DNA of 64,000 bases from positions 2,304,001 to 2,368,000 of the forward strand of contig OY970325.1 in assembly GCA_963717145.1 (NCBI GenBank), written 5' to 3'. Under the pieces are notes generated by a model. That model saw nothing but the letters and a program-made list of their open reading frames with translations. It was not told where the DNA came from and ran no database searches. Below are positions 1 through 10,710 of the stretch, piece by piece; within the stretch, counting starts at the first letter, position 1; each line of letters begins with the position of its first letter. A program made the translations under genes and the position numbers. Origin of the DNA: an uncultured Armatimonadetes bacterium (GTDB taxonomy: Bacteria; Armatimonadota; UBA5829; DTJY01).

Positions 1-1121
1 CCGACGCCGGCTACAAGAGCTATGAGGGCGGCGCGAAGTCGTTCTACAGCACGAACACCGTCGGCCACAACAGCCTGCTCGTCGACGGCGAGGGGCAGGA
101 CAAGCTCGGCGGTGGGAAGGTGACCTCCTTCTTCACGTCCGAGGTCTTCGACTACACCGTCGGCGACGCATCCGGCTCATACGATCCCGCCAGGCTCTCG
201 AAGTTCGTCCGCCGGATTGCATACGTCAAGCCCGACTACTTCTTCATCCTCGACGAAGTCGCTTCCGAGGGGACGCCTCGCGACTTCGAGATCCTCCTTC
301 ACACGGACACAAAGGGGAAGTACCTCTCCAATGACAGCGAAGTGAAGCCCGGCGACCTCCGCCTCAGTGATATCAAGATCGCCAAGGAGAACGCCTCCGT
401 GGGCATCAAGCCTATGCTCCCGAGGGACAGGCAGATCAAGCTCACCGAGTACGAGGGCGCCGAGTCCTACGGCCCGTATCTCTCCATCTCGACCCGCGAC
501 AAGACGCCCGCGGCGCAGTTCCTGACGCTGCTCTACCCGCTTACCATCGGGCAGAAGGTAGGCGGGTGTTGGGCGGTTGATGAGGGCGACGGCGCGATTG
601 CAGTCGAGAGAAGCTGCATCGATCATGCAGACACGGTTGGCTTTCGGACCGGAGTTGGGAAGGCGAGGGCATTGTGGACTGACTTTATCGGTGACAGCTT
701 CATGGTGCGCACAAAGGGGACTCTCGGGGCAGTTGGCTTTGCGCTGGCTAACGGCAGACTGCTCTACATGGACAGAGCGGCCTGGGCCGCATTCTATTAC
801 GACCGGAAGTCCGAAACTACCGGCGAGAAACCGGAGGCGAGCATCCCCGACTACAGCCACCGGACGAGGCCCGCCGTTCCCAGCCAGACGCTGTTCACGT
901 CCACCGTGGATGCGAGCATCGCCGTTTCGTATGGGGAACAGATCACCGCCGATGTCTCGATGAAGGAACGTGGAGATATCCGCTTCAGAGTCGCGGGGAA
1001 GCCAAAGAAGGTCACAGTGGATGGCAAGACCACGAGGGTCCGGTATGAGGAGGACGCCGAACTCCTCCTGCTGAACCTCCGCGCCGGGGAGCACAAGTTG
1101 CTGGTCGAGCCCAGCAACTGA
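1..1121 (+). CDS. Heparinase II/III-like (oligo-alginate lyase-like) protein, 5' truncated by window edge
   Basis: Frame open from base 3; GHNSLLVDGEGQ motif followed by GDAS-x-Y and RRIAYVKPDYFFILDEV typical of heparinase II/III C-terminal domains. Confidence 0.65.
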   Translation, partial: DAGYKSYEGGAKSFYSTNTVGHNSLLVDGEGQDKLGGGKVTSFFTSEVFDYTVGDASGSYDPARLSKFVRRIAYVKPDYFFILDEVASEGTPRDFEILLHTDTKGKYLSNDSEVKPGDLRLSDIKIAKENASVGIKPMLPRDRQIKLTEYEGAESYGPYLSISTRDKTPAAQFLTLLYPLTIGQKVGGCWAVDEGDGAIAVERSCIDHADTVGFRTGVGKARALWTDFIGDSFMVRTKGTLGAVGFALANGRLLYMDRAAWAAFYYDRKSETTGEKPEASIPDYSHRTRPAVPSQTLFTSTVDASIAVSYGEQITADVSMKERGDIRFRVAGKPKKVTVDGKTTRVRYEEDAELLLLNLRAGEHKLLVEPSN

Positions 1122-1250
1122 TCCCTTCCGCCAACGACCACCGCTCTGCTCCGGGTTTTCTCCGTGTCCTCCGTGCCTCCGTGGTTCTATCGACATGGCC
1201 GCCCTTCGTTACATGCCGTCATTCACCGGCATACTCAGGGCTGACGGTTG

Positions 1251-2537
1251 CTAGAGGCGGGAGATAGAGCCGGAGAGGATCGGGAGCGACGTCCCGCCCT
1301 TGCGGATCACCATGACCGAGGCGTCGGGACCCTTGATGCCGAACGCGAGGTCGAGCGCCTCCTGGGGGCTCGATGCGTGCAGGAATCCGAGGCGCTCCTT
1401 ATGCTCCCGGGGGATCCCCGGCGAGACGAGGATGCCCGTCCCCTCATCCCGGATCACCCGCCCCACCCTCACGAGATGCGCCGCCACGATCTTGTCGCGG
1501 ATGACCCCGCTTTCGACGAGAGCAATCGTCTCGTGAGAGGGCCGATACCCCTCCTGGCGGATCAAGGGGTGGGCCTGCGAGACACCTTCCGGACAGGGGC
1601 TCACCAGGATCGCGACCCCATCCTTCTTGACCGCCAGCTCACCCGCGTAGAGCGCCTTCGCCGCCTGCCAAAGCTCGATGTCCATCGGGTACGAGTCGAT
1701 CAGCAGGATGTCCGCCGGCTCGGGGAATTCGAAGCCGTAGACCTGACGCGACAGGCGCGCGCCCGCTCGATGAGCCGCCACGGGATCGCCGACGAAGAGG
1801 TCGATCAGCCGCCCATCCGCGTCACAGACCGCGTTGGCGATCATGGAGAGCCCCACCCGCGCCGCGACCTGCTCGATTCCCAGCCTGATCGGATTGTCAG
1901 CGACTCCGAGGATCTCGCGACCGGTGTAAAGCGCGCTCCGCCAGTGAGTCTCGGCGGTCGTCTCCGCGCCGCAGATCCCCGGCTGGATGATCTTCCCGCC
2001 GCCGCTGAAGCCGGCGATCCGGTGCGGGACGATCTGCCCGATCCCGAAGATGAAGTCGGCGTCGTTCGCAAGGCTGTTGACCCGGATCGGTATGCCCGAC
2101 TCGGTCACCCCCAGGTCGATGAGCTGATCGTCGTTCCGCCATTCGTGGTTGACGATGCGGTATCGCCCCAGGATCTCCTCCCCGAACTTGAACGCCATCT
2201 CGCGGTCGGTCATCGGCCGATGCGTGCCGAGCGCGACCAGGATTGTGACGTGGGCATGAGAGATTCCGGCGGACTCCAACTCAGGAAGCAGGATCTCCAG
2301 GATGCCCCTCACCGGCGTCTTCCGGGTGTAGTCGTCGGTGATGACGAGCGCGTTGCGAGCGCCCGACGCGGCCTCGCGAACGGATGGGCAGCCGATCGGA
2401 CCGGCGAACGCCCGGCGGATGATCTCCCCCTCCGACGCCGGCGGCTCCACGACCGGCGGCTCGAAGACGCCGATCAGGTTCGCATCCGGCACATCGACCG
2501 GCGGTATGTCCTCGTAGTACGGGAATTCGACTCTCAT
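1251..2537 (-). CDS. larA: Nickel-pincer-dependent lactate racemase (LarA) family protein
   Basis: DDYTR-x-TP, ALGTHRPMT, PHRIAGFSGGGK motifs; start moved to ATG 2537 with GAGG upstream; substrate not determinable. Confidence 0.8.
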   Translation of the reverse strand: MRVEFPYYEDIPPVDVPDANLIGVFEPPVVEPPASEGEIIRRAFAGPIGCPSVREAASGARNALVITDDYTRKTPVRGILEILLPELESAGISHAHVTILVALGTHRPMTDREMAFKFGEEILGRYRIVNHEWRNDDQLIDLGVTESGIPIRVNSLANDADFIFGIGQIVPHRIAGFSGGGKIIQPGICGAETTAETHWRSALYTGREILGVADNPIRLGIEQVAARVGLSMIANAVCDADGRLIDLFVGDPVAAHRAGARLSRQVYGFEFPEPADILLIDSYPMDIELWQAAKALYAGELAVKKDGVAILVSPCPEGVSQAHPLIRQEGYRPSHETIALVESGVIRDKIVAAHLVRVGRVIRDEGTGILVSPGIPREHKERLGFLHASSPQEALDLAFGIKGPDASVMVIRKGGTSLPILSGSISRL

Positions 2538-2560
2538 GACCTCGACATCCGCCCTGGAAT

Positions 2561-2749
2561 GTGCGTCACTTTCCTTGGAAAGTAGCGTATCTCCCACGGT
2601 TGGTAGCGTACCATCCTCGGTTAGCGCGTTACCTTCCACGGTTAGCGCGCTACTTCCCTGGGTCAGTGCGTTACTTCCCTGGGTCAGTGCGTTACTTCCC
2701 TGGGTCAGTGCGCTACTTCCCGAGGGAAGTAGCGTATCTCCCGAGGGTA
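2561..2749. repeat. Intergenic tandem array of nine degenerate 21-bp units (core GTGCGTTACTTCCCTGGGTCA)
   Basis: Read directly; 21-bp period kept throughout, two central units identical. Confidence 0.9.
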
Positions 2750-2760
2750 ACGACGCCGCG

Positions 2761-3735
2761 CTAGATCCGGATGACCTCGATCTTCGACGGATCGTTCGTC
2801 CCGACCCCGCGCTTGGCGGCGGACACGAGCGTCTTCTCGGCCTTGTGCGCCACCGACTGCATGCCGACTTCCTTGCGCCGCGCCTCGATGATCTCGTATG
2901 CCTGCAGGTCGACCGCCACCGGATCGGTGCCCACCATCAGCGAGTGGAACTCCCACTGCGCCGAGGGATTCCTTCTCGGACCACCGTCGGCCTGGGGCTT
3001 GAGCAGATCGGCGACGATCAGCCGCGTCTTGTCCTTGATCTGCGGGATTGCGTTCAAATCGGCAAGATACGGATCGCAGTTATTGCCGTGATGGTCGCCG
3101 GGATTGTGGAACGAGCCGTAGTGGTTCTTGAGGGCGCACGAGATGCCCGCGCCTCCGTGATCCTTGACCAGCGGCATGTTGATCAGCGCGGTGATTCGGT
3201 CGAACACCTTCGAGACCTTGCCGTGGAAGGAGCCGCTCTCCACATCCTTGCCCCAGTCGCCATCGTCCGAGTGATAGATGACGCCCGGCCCGGTCTTGTT
3301 CGGCGTGAAGCCGCACTGGGTCAGGTCCTTTGCGGCGCGGTCCCAGACGATGATGTTCTCCGGCTTGACGCCCGCGGAGGCGAGTCCGGCGATCACGGCG
3401 TTCACGAACTCCGGCCTGGTCGAGACCGAGGGACCGAAGAGGCCGTTTATCTTGATGCCGACGACATCGTCGGGCTTGAAGAGCGACTTCCATGCGCCCG
3501 CGCCGCTCTTCGAGGTCAGCTTGGCCATCGCCTTGCCGAGCACCTGCTCGATCTCCTTCTGGTCGACGGCGTCGCCCTTGAGCATCGAAGTGCTCCGGGC
3601 GATCACGACCCTCGTCTTCGCCGGCGCGTCCCTGGCGACGCCCTCCGCGGCCTCCAGCAATCCCGGCAGGCCGGCGATCAGCGTGCCGCCGATCGCGGCC
3701 TGCTTCAGGAACTCTCTCCGTGTTGTCTTCGTCAT
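2761..3735 (-). CDS. DUF362 family protein with Tat signal peptide
   Basis: TRREFLK twin-arginine motif; VGIKIN, PLVKDH-x4-ISCALKNHYG and DPVAVD motifs. Confidence 0.8.
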   Translation of the reverse strand: MTKTTRREFLKQAAIGGTLIAGLPGLLEAAEGVARDAPAKTRVVIARSTSMLKGDAVDQKEIEQVLGKAMAKLTSKSGAGAWKSLFKPDDVVGIKINGLFGPSVSTRPEFVNAVIAGLASAGVKPENIIVWDRAAKDLTQCGFTPNKTGPGVIYHSDDGDWGKDVESGSFHGKVSKVFDRITALINMPLVKDHGGAGISCALKNHYGSFHNPGDHHGNNCDPYLADLNAIPQIKDKTRLIVADLLKPQADGGPRRNPSAQWEFHSLMVGTDPVAVDLQAYEIIEARRKEVGMQSVAHKAEKTLVSAAKRGVGTNDPSKIEVIRI

Positions 3736-3802
3736 TCGGTGTTACTCCTTACTTTCCAGGGGTAGGGGTTACACTCCCATACTCCCATACTCCCATACTC
3801 TG

Positions 3803-4798
3803 CTACCATACCTCGTCCTTGGGCTCGCGGTTCATCAGATCGGCGAGCGCGGCCCGGGGAGGCTTGCCTTCGAAGAGGACGCAGTGCATCTGCTCGGTGA
3901 TCGGCATCGGTGTGTCCATCTCCCGAGCGAGTCGATGCGCGGCTCGTGTGGTGGGGACGCCCTCCGCGACCTGCCCGATCTCGGCGAGCACATCGTCGAG
4001 ATTGCCCCCGAGTCCGAGTCCGATGCCGACGCGATGATTGCGGCTGAGCGGACTCGCGCAGGTGACTATGAGGTCGCCGATTCCCGCAAGGCCCATGAAG
4101 GTTGCCTGCTGCGCGCCCATCCTGACGCCAAGTCGGGTGATCTCCGCGAGACCTCTCGTGAGAAGCGCGGCCTTCGTATTGTCCCCGAAGCCCATTCCGT
4201 CGCAGATGCCCGCCGCGATGGCGATGATGTTCTTGAGCGCGCCGGCGAGTTCGACGCCGAATATGTCGGAATTCGTGTAGACCCTGAGCGAGGGAGACAT
4301 GAGCAGGTTCTGCGCAAGTCGAGCGACATCTTCATCGACGGAAGCGACTACGGTGGCTGTCGGGACGCCTTTCGCGATCTCAGCGGCGATGTTCGGGCCC
4401 GACAGCGCGACGATCGGATTCCTTCCGCCGAGCACCGAATCGAGCAAGCGGGACATCGTGACGCACGACTCACCGATGAGGCCCTTCGTCGCGCTGATGA
4501 TCGGTACGCCGCCCCTGACCGATTCCCTCAAGAGCGAGGCGACTTCGACAGCGCCTTCCGAGCGGACTACGAAGACGACCATCTCAGCGCCACGAACCGC
4601 GTCGGGCACGGAGGTTGTTATGCGGATCGAGTCGGGGAGCGTGTATCCGGGAAGAAACGCGTTCTCCCGTGTCCGTATCATCTCCTCGGCCTGCTTCGAG
4701 TCATAGACCCAGAGGCCGACCTCGCTGCCCTTATCGGCGAGCATCAGGGAGAGCGCCGTGCCCCAGTTTCCCGCCCCAAGTACCGCGATCCTGCTCAT
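3803..4798 (-). CDS. gpsA: NAD(P)H-dependent glycerol-3-phosphate dehydrogenase
   Basis: GAGNWGTALS, SGPNIA, GALKNIIAIAAG, GIGDLIVTC-x-S-x2-SRN. Confidence 0.97.
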   Translation of the reverse strand: MSRIAVLGAGNWGTALSLMLADKGSEVGLWVYDSKQAEEMIRTRENAFLPGYTLPDSIRITTSVPDAVRGAEMVVFVVRSEGAVEVASLLRESVRGGVPIISATKGLIGESCVTMSRLLDSVLGGRNPIVALSGPNIAAEIAKGVPTATVVASVDEDVARLAQNLLMSPSLRVYTNSDIFGVELAGALKNIIAIAAGICDGMGFGDNTKAALLTRGLAEITRLGVRMGAQQATFMGLAGIGDLIVTCASPLSRNHRVGIGLGLGGNLDDVLAEIGQVAEGVPTTRAAHRLAREMDTPMPITEQMHCVLFEGKPPRAALADLMNREPKDEVW

Positions 4799-4835
4799 TC
4801 ATTACTCCGGTGTGGAATCGACAAGCGTCCTACGC

Positions 4836-4899
4836 GTAGTGGCCGTGCCTCAGTGCCGGCCTCGAATGTTGCTGGCCGGCACTGAGGCACGGCCACTGC
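4836..4899. repeat. GTAG-type REP-like palindrome, family B (GTAGTGGCCGTGCCTC...)
   Basis: Inverted arms; sister copy at 10642-10706. Confidence 0.85.
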
Positions 4900-5043
4900 A
4901 TTACAGTACGAGAAGTGTGCTGCCCGATTATAGCACCGGGCGAACCACCTCGCAAGCATAAGTATTCGGCTGTGCTGCATCGGCGGAAATGGGAGCGAAA
5001 TGCCGAATTCGAACGTATATATACTTGGGTGTCGCGGCGTTCC

Positions 5044-5073
5044 TTGACACGGCGACGCCGCCGGACCTATAAT
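5044..5073 (+). promoter_or_regulatory. Sigma70 promoter of the PBP1A gene
   Basis: TTGACA-18 bp-TATAAT upstream of GGAGG and ATG 5099. Confidence 0.75.
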
Positions 5074-5098
5074 CGGCACGAGTGGAGGGGTTTTATTC

Positions 5099-7376
5099 AT
5101 GCGCGGGCGGGAACGAAGACGCACCCGGCGGCCTTTTCGAAGGCGGCTCCGGGTTTTCCTCATGTATATGGAGATCCTGGCGCTCGTGCTGCTTGGCGTA
5201 ATGCTTCTGAGCGTCGCCTGGGCGTTCTACAGCCTCTCGAAGAACCTCCCTTCCGGCCTCGACGTCGCAAAGTATTCCCCTACAGAGGCAACCAAGATCA
5301 TCTCGAGCTGACGGGGTCGTCCTCGCGAACGTCTACGAGGAGAACCGCGAGGTCGTGCCGATAACCGACATCCCCGCCGATCTCCAGCATGCGACGGTGG
5401 CAATCGAGGACAGCCGTTTCTACAATCATGTGGGCATCGACTTGCGCGGCATCGGTCGCGCGGTCGTACAGAACCTGCGAACCGGCCGCGTATCCCAGGG
5501 CGGGAGCACACTCACGCAGCAACTGGCCAGGAACGTCTATCTCACCCGTGAGAAAAAGCTCTCCAGGAAGCTGCAGGAGATCATCCTCGCCCTCAAGATC
5601 GAACGCAACTTCTCGAAAGAGCAGATCCTCGAGCTGTATCTGAACCAGGTCTTCTACGGCAGCGGCGCATACGGCGTTCAGACCGCCTCCAATATCTACT
5701 TCGGCAAGAACGTCAAGGACCTGACACTCGCGGAGTGCGCCCTGATCGCCGGCCTTCCGCAGAAACCGTCAGTGTATAGCCCTCACGAGAACCTTGATGA
5801 GGCGGTTGATCGGCGTGACGTAGTCCTGAGGCGCATGGAGGAACTCGGCTACATCACGGACAAGCAGTGCGAGTCGGCCCTGCAAGAGAAGGTACAACTC
5901 GCTGAGTTGAAGGCGAGAGGAATCGCCAAGTACAAGGCTCCGTCGTTCGTCACCTACGTCATCAAGGAGGTCACGAAGGTCCTCGGGCCGGATCAGGTCT
6001 ACCGAGGCGGTTTGAGGATCTACACAACCCTCAACTATGAGATGCAGGAGACGGCAGAGCGGGCTCTCAGAGAGGGCGTGGCGAGATCGAAGTATGGGAA
6101 CGTCAGCCAGGGAGCCCTGATATCGATCGATCCGCAGACGGGCTTCATCAAGGCGATGGTCGGCGGTGTCAATCCGGACTTTACGAAGGATCAGTTCAAC
6201 CGGGCGGTACAGGCCAAGAGACAACCGGGTTCCTCTTTCAAGGCTTTCGTCTATACCGCCGCAATCGACAACGGATACGATCCGTACTACCGCGTCTCGA
6301 ACTCGCGAATCACGTTCAACTCAGCCGGCTCGAAGCCGTGGACTCCCAAGAACTACAATGGGCGCTACGGCGGCACTTACTCTCTCACGCAGGCGGTCGC
6401 ACAGTCCATCAACATTGTCGCGGTCCGAGTGGCAGACAAGATCGGCATCGACGAGGTGATCAAGTATGCGCATCTGTGCGGCATCCAGTCTGACCTGCCG
6501 AGAAATCTCTCGCTGGCGCTCGGATCAGCGGTCGTCAGCCCGCTCGAGATCACCTCGGCCTACGGGGTATTCGCCGCACGAGGGATGAGAGCCGAACCGG
6601 TGGCGATCCTGAAGATCACCGACCGTGACGGCAGCGTTATCAAGGAGAACTCCTCCCAGCCGGTTCAGGTGCTCAGCCAGCAGACCGCGGACACGATGAG
6701 CGAGATGTTCCGCGCGGTAGTCACCTCGGGCACCGGGCGCAGAGTCCGCTACACCATCCCAAACGCTCACGGCAAGACCGGGACGACGAACGACGACAGG
6801 GACGCATGGTGGGTGGGTTATACGCCGGAACTGGTGACCGGAGTCTGGATCGGCAACGACAACTACGCCCCGATGAGAAACATCTGGGGCAGCACCGGCT
6901 GTCTGCCGATCTGGGAAGAGTTCATGAAGAAGGGCATCGAGGTCTATAAGCGAGAGCATGCTCCGAAAGGCGAGACGGCCTCAACCGCATCCCCGTCCGA
7001 GGACCGGAGCGACCGAGATCGGCGAAAGAATGACACTGAGCAGGATTCAGGGTCGCAGGCAATGATCACAATCTGCGCACAGAGCGGAGAACTCGCGTCG
7101 CCCAACTGCACGACAACGTATCAGGTCAAGCGAAGCGCGGCGACGGCTCAACTCGGTAGCTGCTCGATCCATGCACGGCGCCATGAGGAAACTCCGCCGG
7201 TTCCGCACGTAAACACGCCCGCTCCGACGGACAACCGGGACGAGTATGTGGCCCTGCCGATCTGTTCGGATTCCGGTCGGATAGCAACCATCTACTGTCC
7301 CGAGTGGAGAACGCATCGGTTCAAAGCGGGTGAAGCTCCCTCCCAGATCTGCACCACTCACCGGCCGAGGGAGTAG
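5099..7376 (+). CDS. Class A penicillin-binding protein (PBP1A family), one apparent frameshift near 5309
   Basis: Transglycosylase EDSRFYNH-x-G and GGSTLTQQL; transpeptidase SSFK, SIN, KTG; removing one base near 5309 joins the TM anchor ORF (5099-5311) to the main ORF. Confidence 0.92.
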
Positions 7377-7470
7377 GGGCGATCCTTCCACGGTCGCCCG
7401 TCCGTCGTCCGTAGGGGCGATCCTTCCACGGTCGCCCGGGGGACGGGAGGCCGTTGAAGGCCTCCCCTAC
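7373..7470. repeat. GTAG-type REP cluster, family A, between convergent genes
   Basis: Two GTAGGGGCGATCCTTCCACGGTCGCCC units plus inverted GTAGGGGAGGCCTTCAACGGCCTCCC; related copies at 12194-12288 and 27451-27529. Confidence 0.9.
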
Positions 7471-8258
7471 CGCAAGAGGCTCAGCAGGATGATCCCGAGG
7501 CCAAAGACGACACGGTATCCCACGAAAAGATCCGTGCTCCGCTCCCGCAAGTATGACATCAGGAAGCCGATACACAGGTAGCCCACGACCGCTGATGTCG
7601 CAATCCCAGCGATGAACGGCAGCATTTCGCCCCCAAGAGCACTTCGCAGCGCGTCCGGCAGCTCATGCACCGCCGCGCCCAGGATGATCGGCGCTCCCAG
7701 CAGGAACGAGAACCGCGCGGCCGCATCCCTCTGCAGACCGCATGCCAGACCCGCAGTAATCGTTATCCCTGAGCGCGAAACACCGGGCACGATCGCCAGG
7801 GCCTGCGCGACCCCGATGATCAACCAGTCGGCAAGAGTAACCGACTCGGCCACACGGCGCTTTGCACCGAGCCTGTCAGCGACAAAGAGCAGTATGCCGA
7901 GGCTGATCGTCACTATCCCCACGAGCAGGAAGCTCGATCGCACCTGGTCCTCGATAGTGTGCTCGAGGAAATACCCGGCGACCGCCGCGGGTATGCTGGC
8001 GATGATGATCGGCCATAGGAGCATGCGCTTCTTGTTCGACCGCGTGAATGCTCCACTCAGCAGCCCGTACCAGTCGCGCCAGAAATACGCGAGTAGCGCA
8101 AACAGCGTGCCGAGGTGGAGAGCGACGTCGAAGGTCAGGCCGAACGGCTTCCACTTGAACAACCAGGGAATCACTATGAGGTGTGCGGAACTGCTGATGG
8201 GGATGAACTCGGTCAATCCTTGGATGGCGCCGAGGATGATTGCTTGTATTGTGTCCAC
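7467..8258 (-). CDS. uppP: Undecaprenyl-diphosphate phosphatase
   Basis: QGLTEFIPISSSAH and PGVSRSG motifs; GTG start with AAGGA upstream. Confidence 0.95.
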   Translation of the reverse strand: MDTIQAIILGAIQGLTEFIPISSSAHLIVIPWLFKWKPFGLTFDVALHLGTLFALLAYFWRDWYGLLSGAFTRSNKKRMLLWPIIIASIPAAVAGYFLEHTIEDQVRSSFLLVGIVTISLGILLFVADRLGAKRRVAESVTLADWLIIGVAQALAIVPGVSRSGITITAGLACGLQRDAAARFSFLLGAPIILGAAVHELPDALRSALGGEMLPFIAGIATSAVVGYLCIGFLMSYLRERSTDLFVGYRVVFGLGIILLSLLR

Positions 8259-8287
8259 TGAGTTCCTTGCTGTTCCTTCAACTCCCA

Positions 8288-8366
8288 AATCCTACTCGTA
8301 CTCCTAATCGTAATCGTACTCGAAAGGCCGCCGAGTACGATTAGGATTAGGAGTACGAGTAGGATT
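8288..8366. repeat. Palindrome built from 6-bp units (TCGTAC/TCCTAA/TCGTAA)
   Basis: Inverted arms; half copy at about 33247-33280. Confidence 0.8.
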
Positions 8367-8368
8367 CG

Positions 8369-9466
8369 CTAACCGGCGTTGTTGAGACCCCACACCCGCA
8401 GTTCTTTCGGCTTGATGATGTAGTAGCGGATGAGGGTGCGGATGATCGCCGCGACCGGGGCGGCGAGGAACATGCCCAGGAGTCCGAAGAACTCCGCGCC
8501 GATCAACAGCACAATGATCACGAGCGCCGGATGCAGTTCCATGCGATGGCCGATCAGCTTGGGCATGATGAACTTGCTCTCGACGAAGTGCAGAGCCGCG
8601 AAGAATATGAGCATGTACAGACCGAGCATCGGCGACTGTATCGTGGCCAGCAAGACGATGACGATGCCTGCGACAATCGGTCCGACGATGGGAACGGCAC
8701 GGGTGATGCCGGACAGGATGCTGAGCAGGGCCACGTATGGCATCCGGACGATGCTCAGAACCGCCGCGACCACAAGGGCAGCGATTACGCAGAGTATGAT
8801 CTGACCGATCACGTAACTGCGCATCACGCAGTTCACCTCATGCAGGATCGCGAGGGCCTCGCGCCGCACTCGTCTCGGGGCAAGAGCGACGAACTCGCGC
8901 TTGAGCGACCGGCTGTCGAGCGTGAAATAGAACGCCAGGACCGGGATGAGCAGCACTTCCACGACATGGCTCAACCAGTTGACGGTCTTCTCGAAGACGG
9001 ACTCCGAGAACCCGATCACCCGATCCTGAAGCTTGCTCAGGTTGTCAGTGCTGAGCAGTTTCTGCAGGTCCGGTGAGAGCGTGCCATACCAGGTCTGCAT
9101 ACCGGACATCATCTCATCCAACTGAGCGAGGTAGCTGCCGAAGTTGTTCCTTAGGCCGGTCATCTCGATGCCGACCCGACCGAAGAACGCGAGCATGAAG
9201 CTCACACCGAGACTGATCAGCAGGATGAACACGAGGACGGTCACGGCAACACGCTGGGTCCGACGCCTCATGCCACGCACGCGATACAGGCACAGGAGAT
9301 CGACCAGCGGTAGGATGGCGTAGGTCAGCACCGCCGCGAGCAGCACTGCCACTATGACGGCTCTTACCCGATAGAGGAAGTATGCGATGCCGACCAGGAG
9401 CACGAGACGCAGCCCGACTCCCCATATCAGTTCGAAGATCGTCTCGACTCGCGATTTCGGTTCCAT
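8369..9466 (-). CDS. AI-2E family transporter
   Basis: Multi-TM profile; VPIVGP, ESKFIMPKLIG, LHPALVI and GLLGMFLAAP motifs. Confidence 0.9.
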   Translation of the reverse strand: MEPKSRVETIFELIWGVGLRLVLLVGIAYFLYRVRAVIVAVLLAAVLTYAILPLVDLLCLYRVRGMRRRTQRVAVTVLVFILLISLGVSFMLAFFGRVGIEMTGLRNNFGSYLAQLDEMMSGMQTWYGTLSPDLQKLLSTDNLSKLQDRVIGFSESVFEKTVNWLSHVVEVLLIPVLAFYFTLDSRSLKREFVALAPRRVRREALAILHEVNCVMRSYVIGQIILCVIAALVVAAVLSIVRMPYVALLSILSGITRAVPIVGPIVAGIVIVLLATIQSPMLGLYMLIFFAALHFVESKFIMPKLIGHRMELHPALVIIVLLIGAEFFGLLGMFLAAPVAAIIRTLIRYYIIKPKELRVWGLNNAG

Positions 9467-9473
9467 CGATGCC

Positions 9474-10598
9474 TCAATCCAGACCGAAGAACTTGAAAAG
9501 CGCCTCACGTATGCGGACCGAGGCGGTTCCGTCGCCGTATGGGTTCACGGCTTTGGCCATAGTATTGTAGCCGCCTGTATCTCTCAGCAGCTTCGCGGTT
9601 GCCTGGAATATCTGCTCAGTCTCGGTACCGATCAGGCTCGCGGTACCGGCTTCGACGCCCTCAGGGCGTTCCGTCGTGTTCCTCATGACCAGGACCGGCT
9701 TTCCGAGCGAGGGAGCTTCCTCCTGAACGCCGCCTGAATCAGTCAGGACGAGGTGCGCCCGCTTGAGCAGATGCACGAACGGCACGTAGTCCGGCGGCTC
9801 GATCAGGTGTATCCTGTCGACGCCCTCCAGCGCAGGGTAGACAGTCTCCCGCACGATCGGATTCTTATGGACCGCGAATACGACCTCAGTGTCCGGGAAC
9901 TCGGCGACGATCTGCTTGATAGCCTGACAGATGCGGGCCATCGGCTCTCCCCAGTTCTCTCGCCGGTGAGCAGTGACCAAGATCATGCGCTGGCCGTTCG
10001 TCCCGACGGTCGAGAGGAACGGATCATCGAAGGTCCACGGACGCTCGGCGACCGAGAGCAGGGCGTCGATGACCGTGTTACCCGTGACGTGGATACGATT
10101 CGACGGCACGCCTTCCGCCATCAGATTCTGGCGCGCGGCGGGCGTCGGCGCGAAATGCAGGTCGGCGAGCACAGTCGTCAGGCGACGGTTCATCTCCTCC
10201 GGGAACGGGTCGTACTTGTTGTCGGTGCGCAGCCCGGCCTCCACATGGCCGATCGCGACCTTGTTGTAGAATGCCGCCAGGGCCGCCACAAAGGTGGTGG
10301 TCGTATCGCCCTGAGCCAGGATGATGTCCGGCTGCTCCTTCAGAATGATGCCTTCGAGCCCCTGGAGTCCCCTCGTCGTGATCTCGGCCAGGGTCTGCTT
10401 CGGCCGCATGATGTCGAGGTCGTAGTCCGGCTTGATGTGAAATACATCGAGCACCTGATGGAGCATCTCCCGGTGCTGCCCGGTCACGGTCACGACGAGA
10501 TTCACCTCATCGGGGAACTTCTTGAGTTCGAGTACCACCGGCGCCATCTTGACGGCATCCGGACGAGTGCCGCATATTGCCATTACTCTTATCGGCAT
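9474..10598 (-). CDS. wecB: UDP-N-acetylglucosamine 2-epimerase (non-hydrolysing)
   Basis: GTRP, GDTTTT, HVEAGLRT, PFPEEMNR, TDSGGVQEEAP. Confidence 0.97.
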   Translation of the reverse strand: MPIRVMAICGTRPDAVKMAPVVLELKKFPDEVNLVVTVTGQHREMLHQVLDVFHIKPDYDLDIMRPKQTLAEITTRGLQGLEGIILKEQPDIILAQGDTTTTFVAALAAFYNKVAIGHVEAGLRTDNKYDPFPEEMNRRLTTVLADLHFAPTPAARQNLMAEGVPSNRIHVTGNTVIDALLSVAERPWTFDDPFLSTVGTNGQRMILVTAHRRENWGEPMARICQAIKQIVAEFPDTEVVFAVHKNPIVRETVYPALEGVDRIHLIEPPDYVPFVHLLKRAHLVLTDSGGVQEEAPSLGKPVLVMRNTTERPEGVEAGTASLIGTETEQIFQATAKLLRDTGGYNTMAKAVNPYGDGTASVRIREALFKFFGLD

Positions 10599-10641
10599 GT
10601 TGACCTCTGTTCTCTTCTCTCCCTCGAAGATGCTCACCCAT

Positions 10642-10706
10642 GTAGTGGCCGTGCCTCTGTGCCGGCCGTGCTACGTGGGAGGCCGGCACAGAGGCACGGC
10701 CACTAC
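10642..10706. repeat. GTAG-type REP-like palindrome, family B
   Basis: GTAGTGGCCGTGCCTCTGTGCCGGCC...GGCCGGCACAGAGGCACGGCCACTAC. Confidence 0.88.
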
Positions 10707-10710
10707 GCGA

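Noticed and set aside
2561-2749. Possible CRISPR array
   Set aside because: Units are contiguous with no unique spacers and no cas genes are present.
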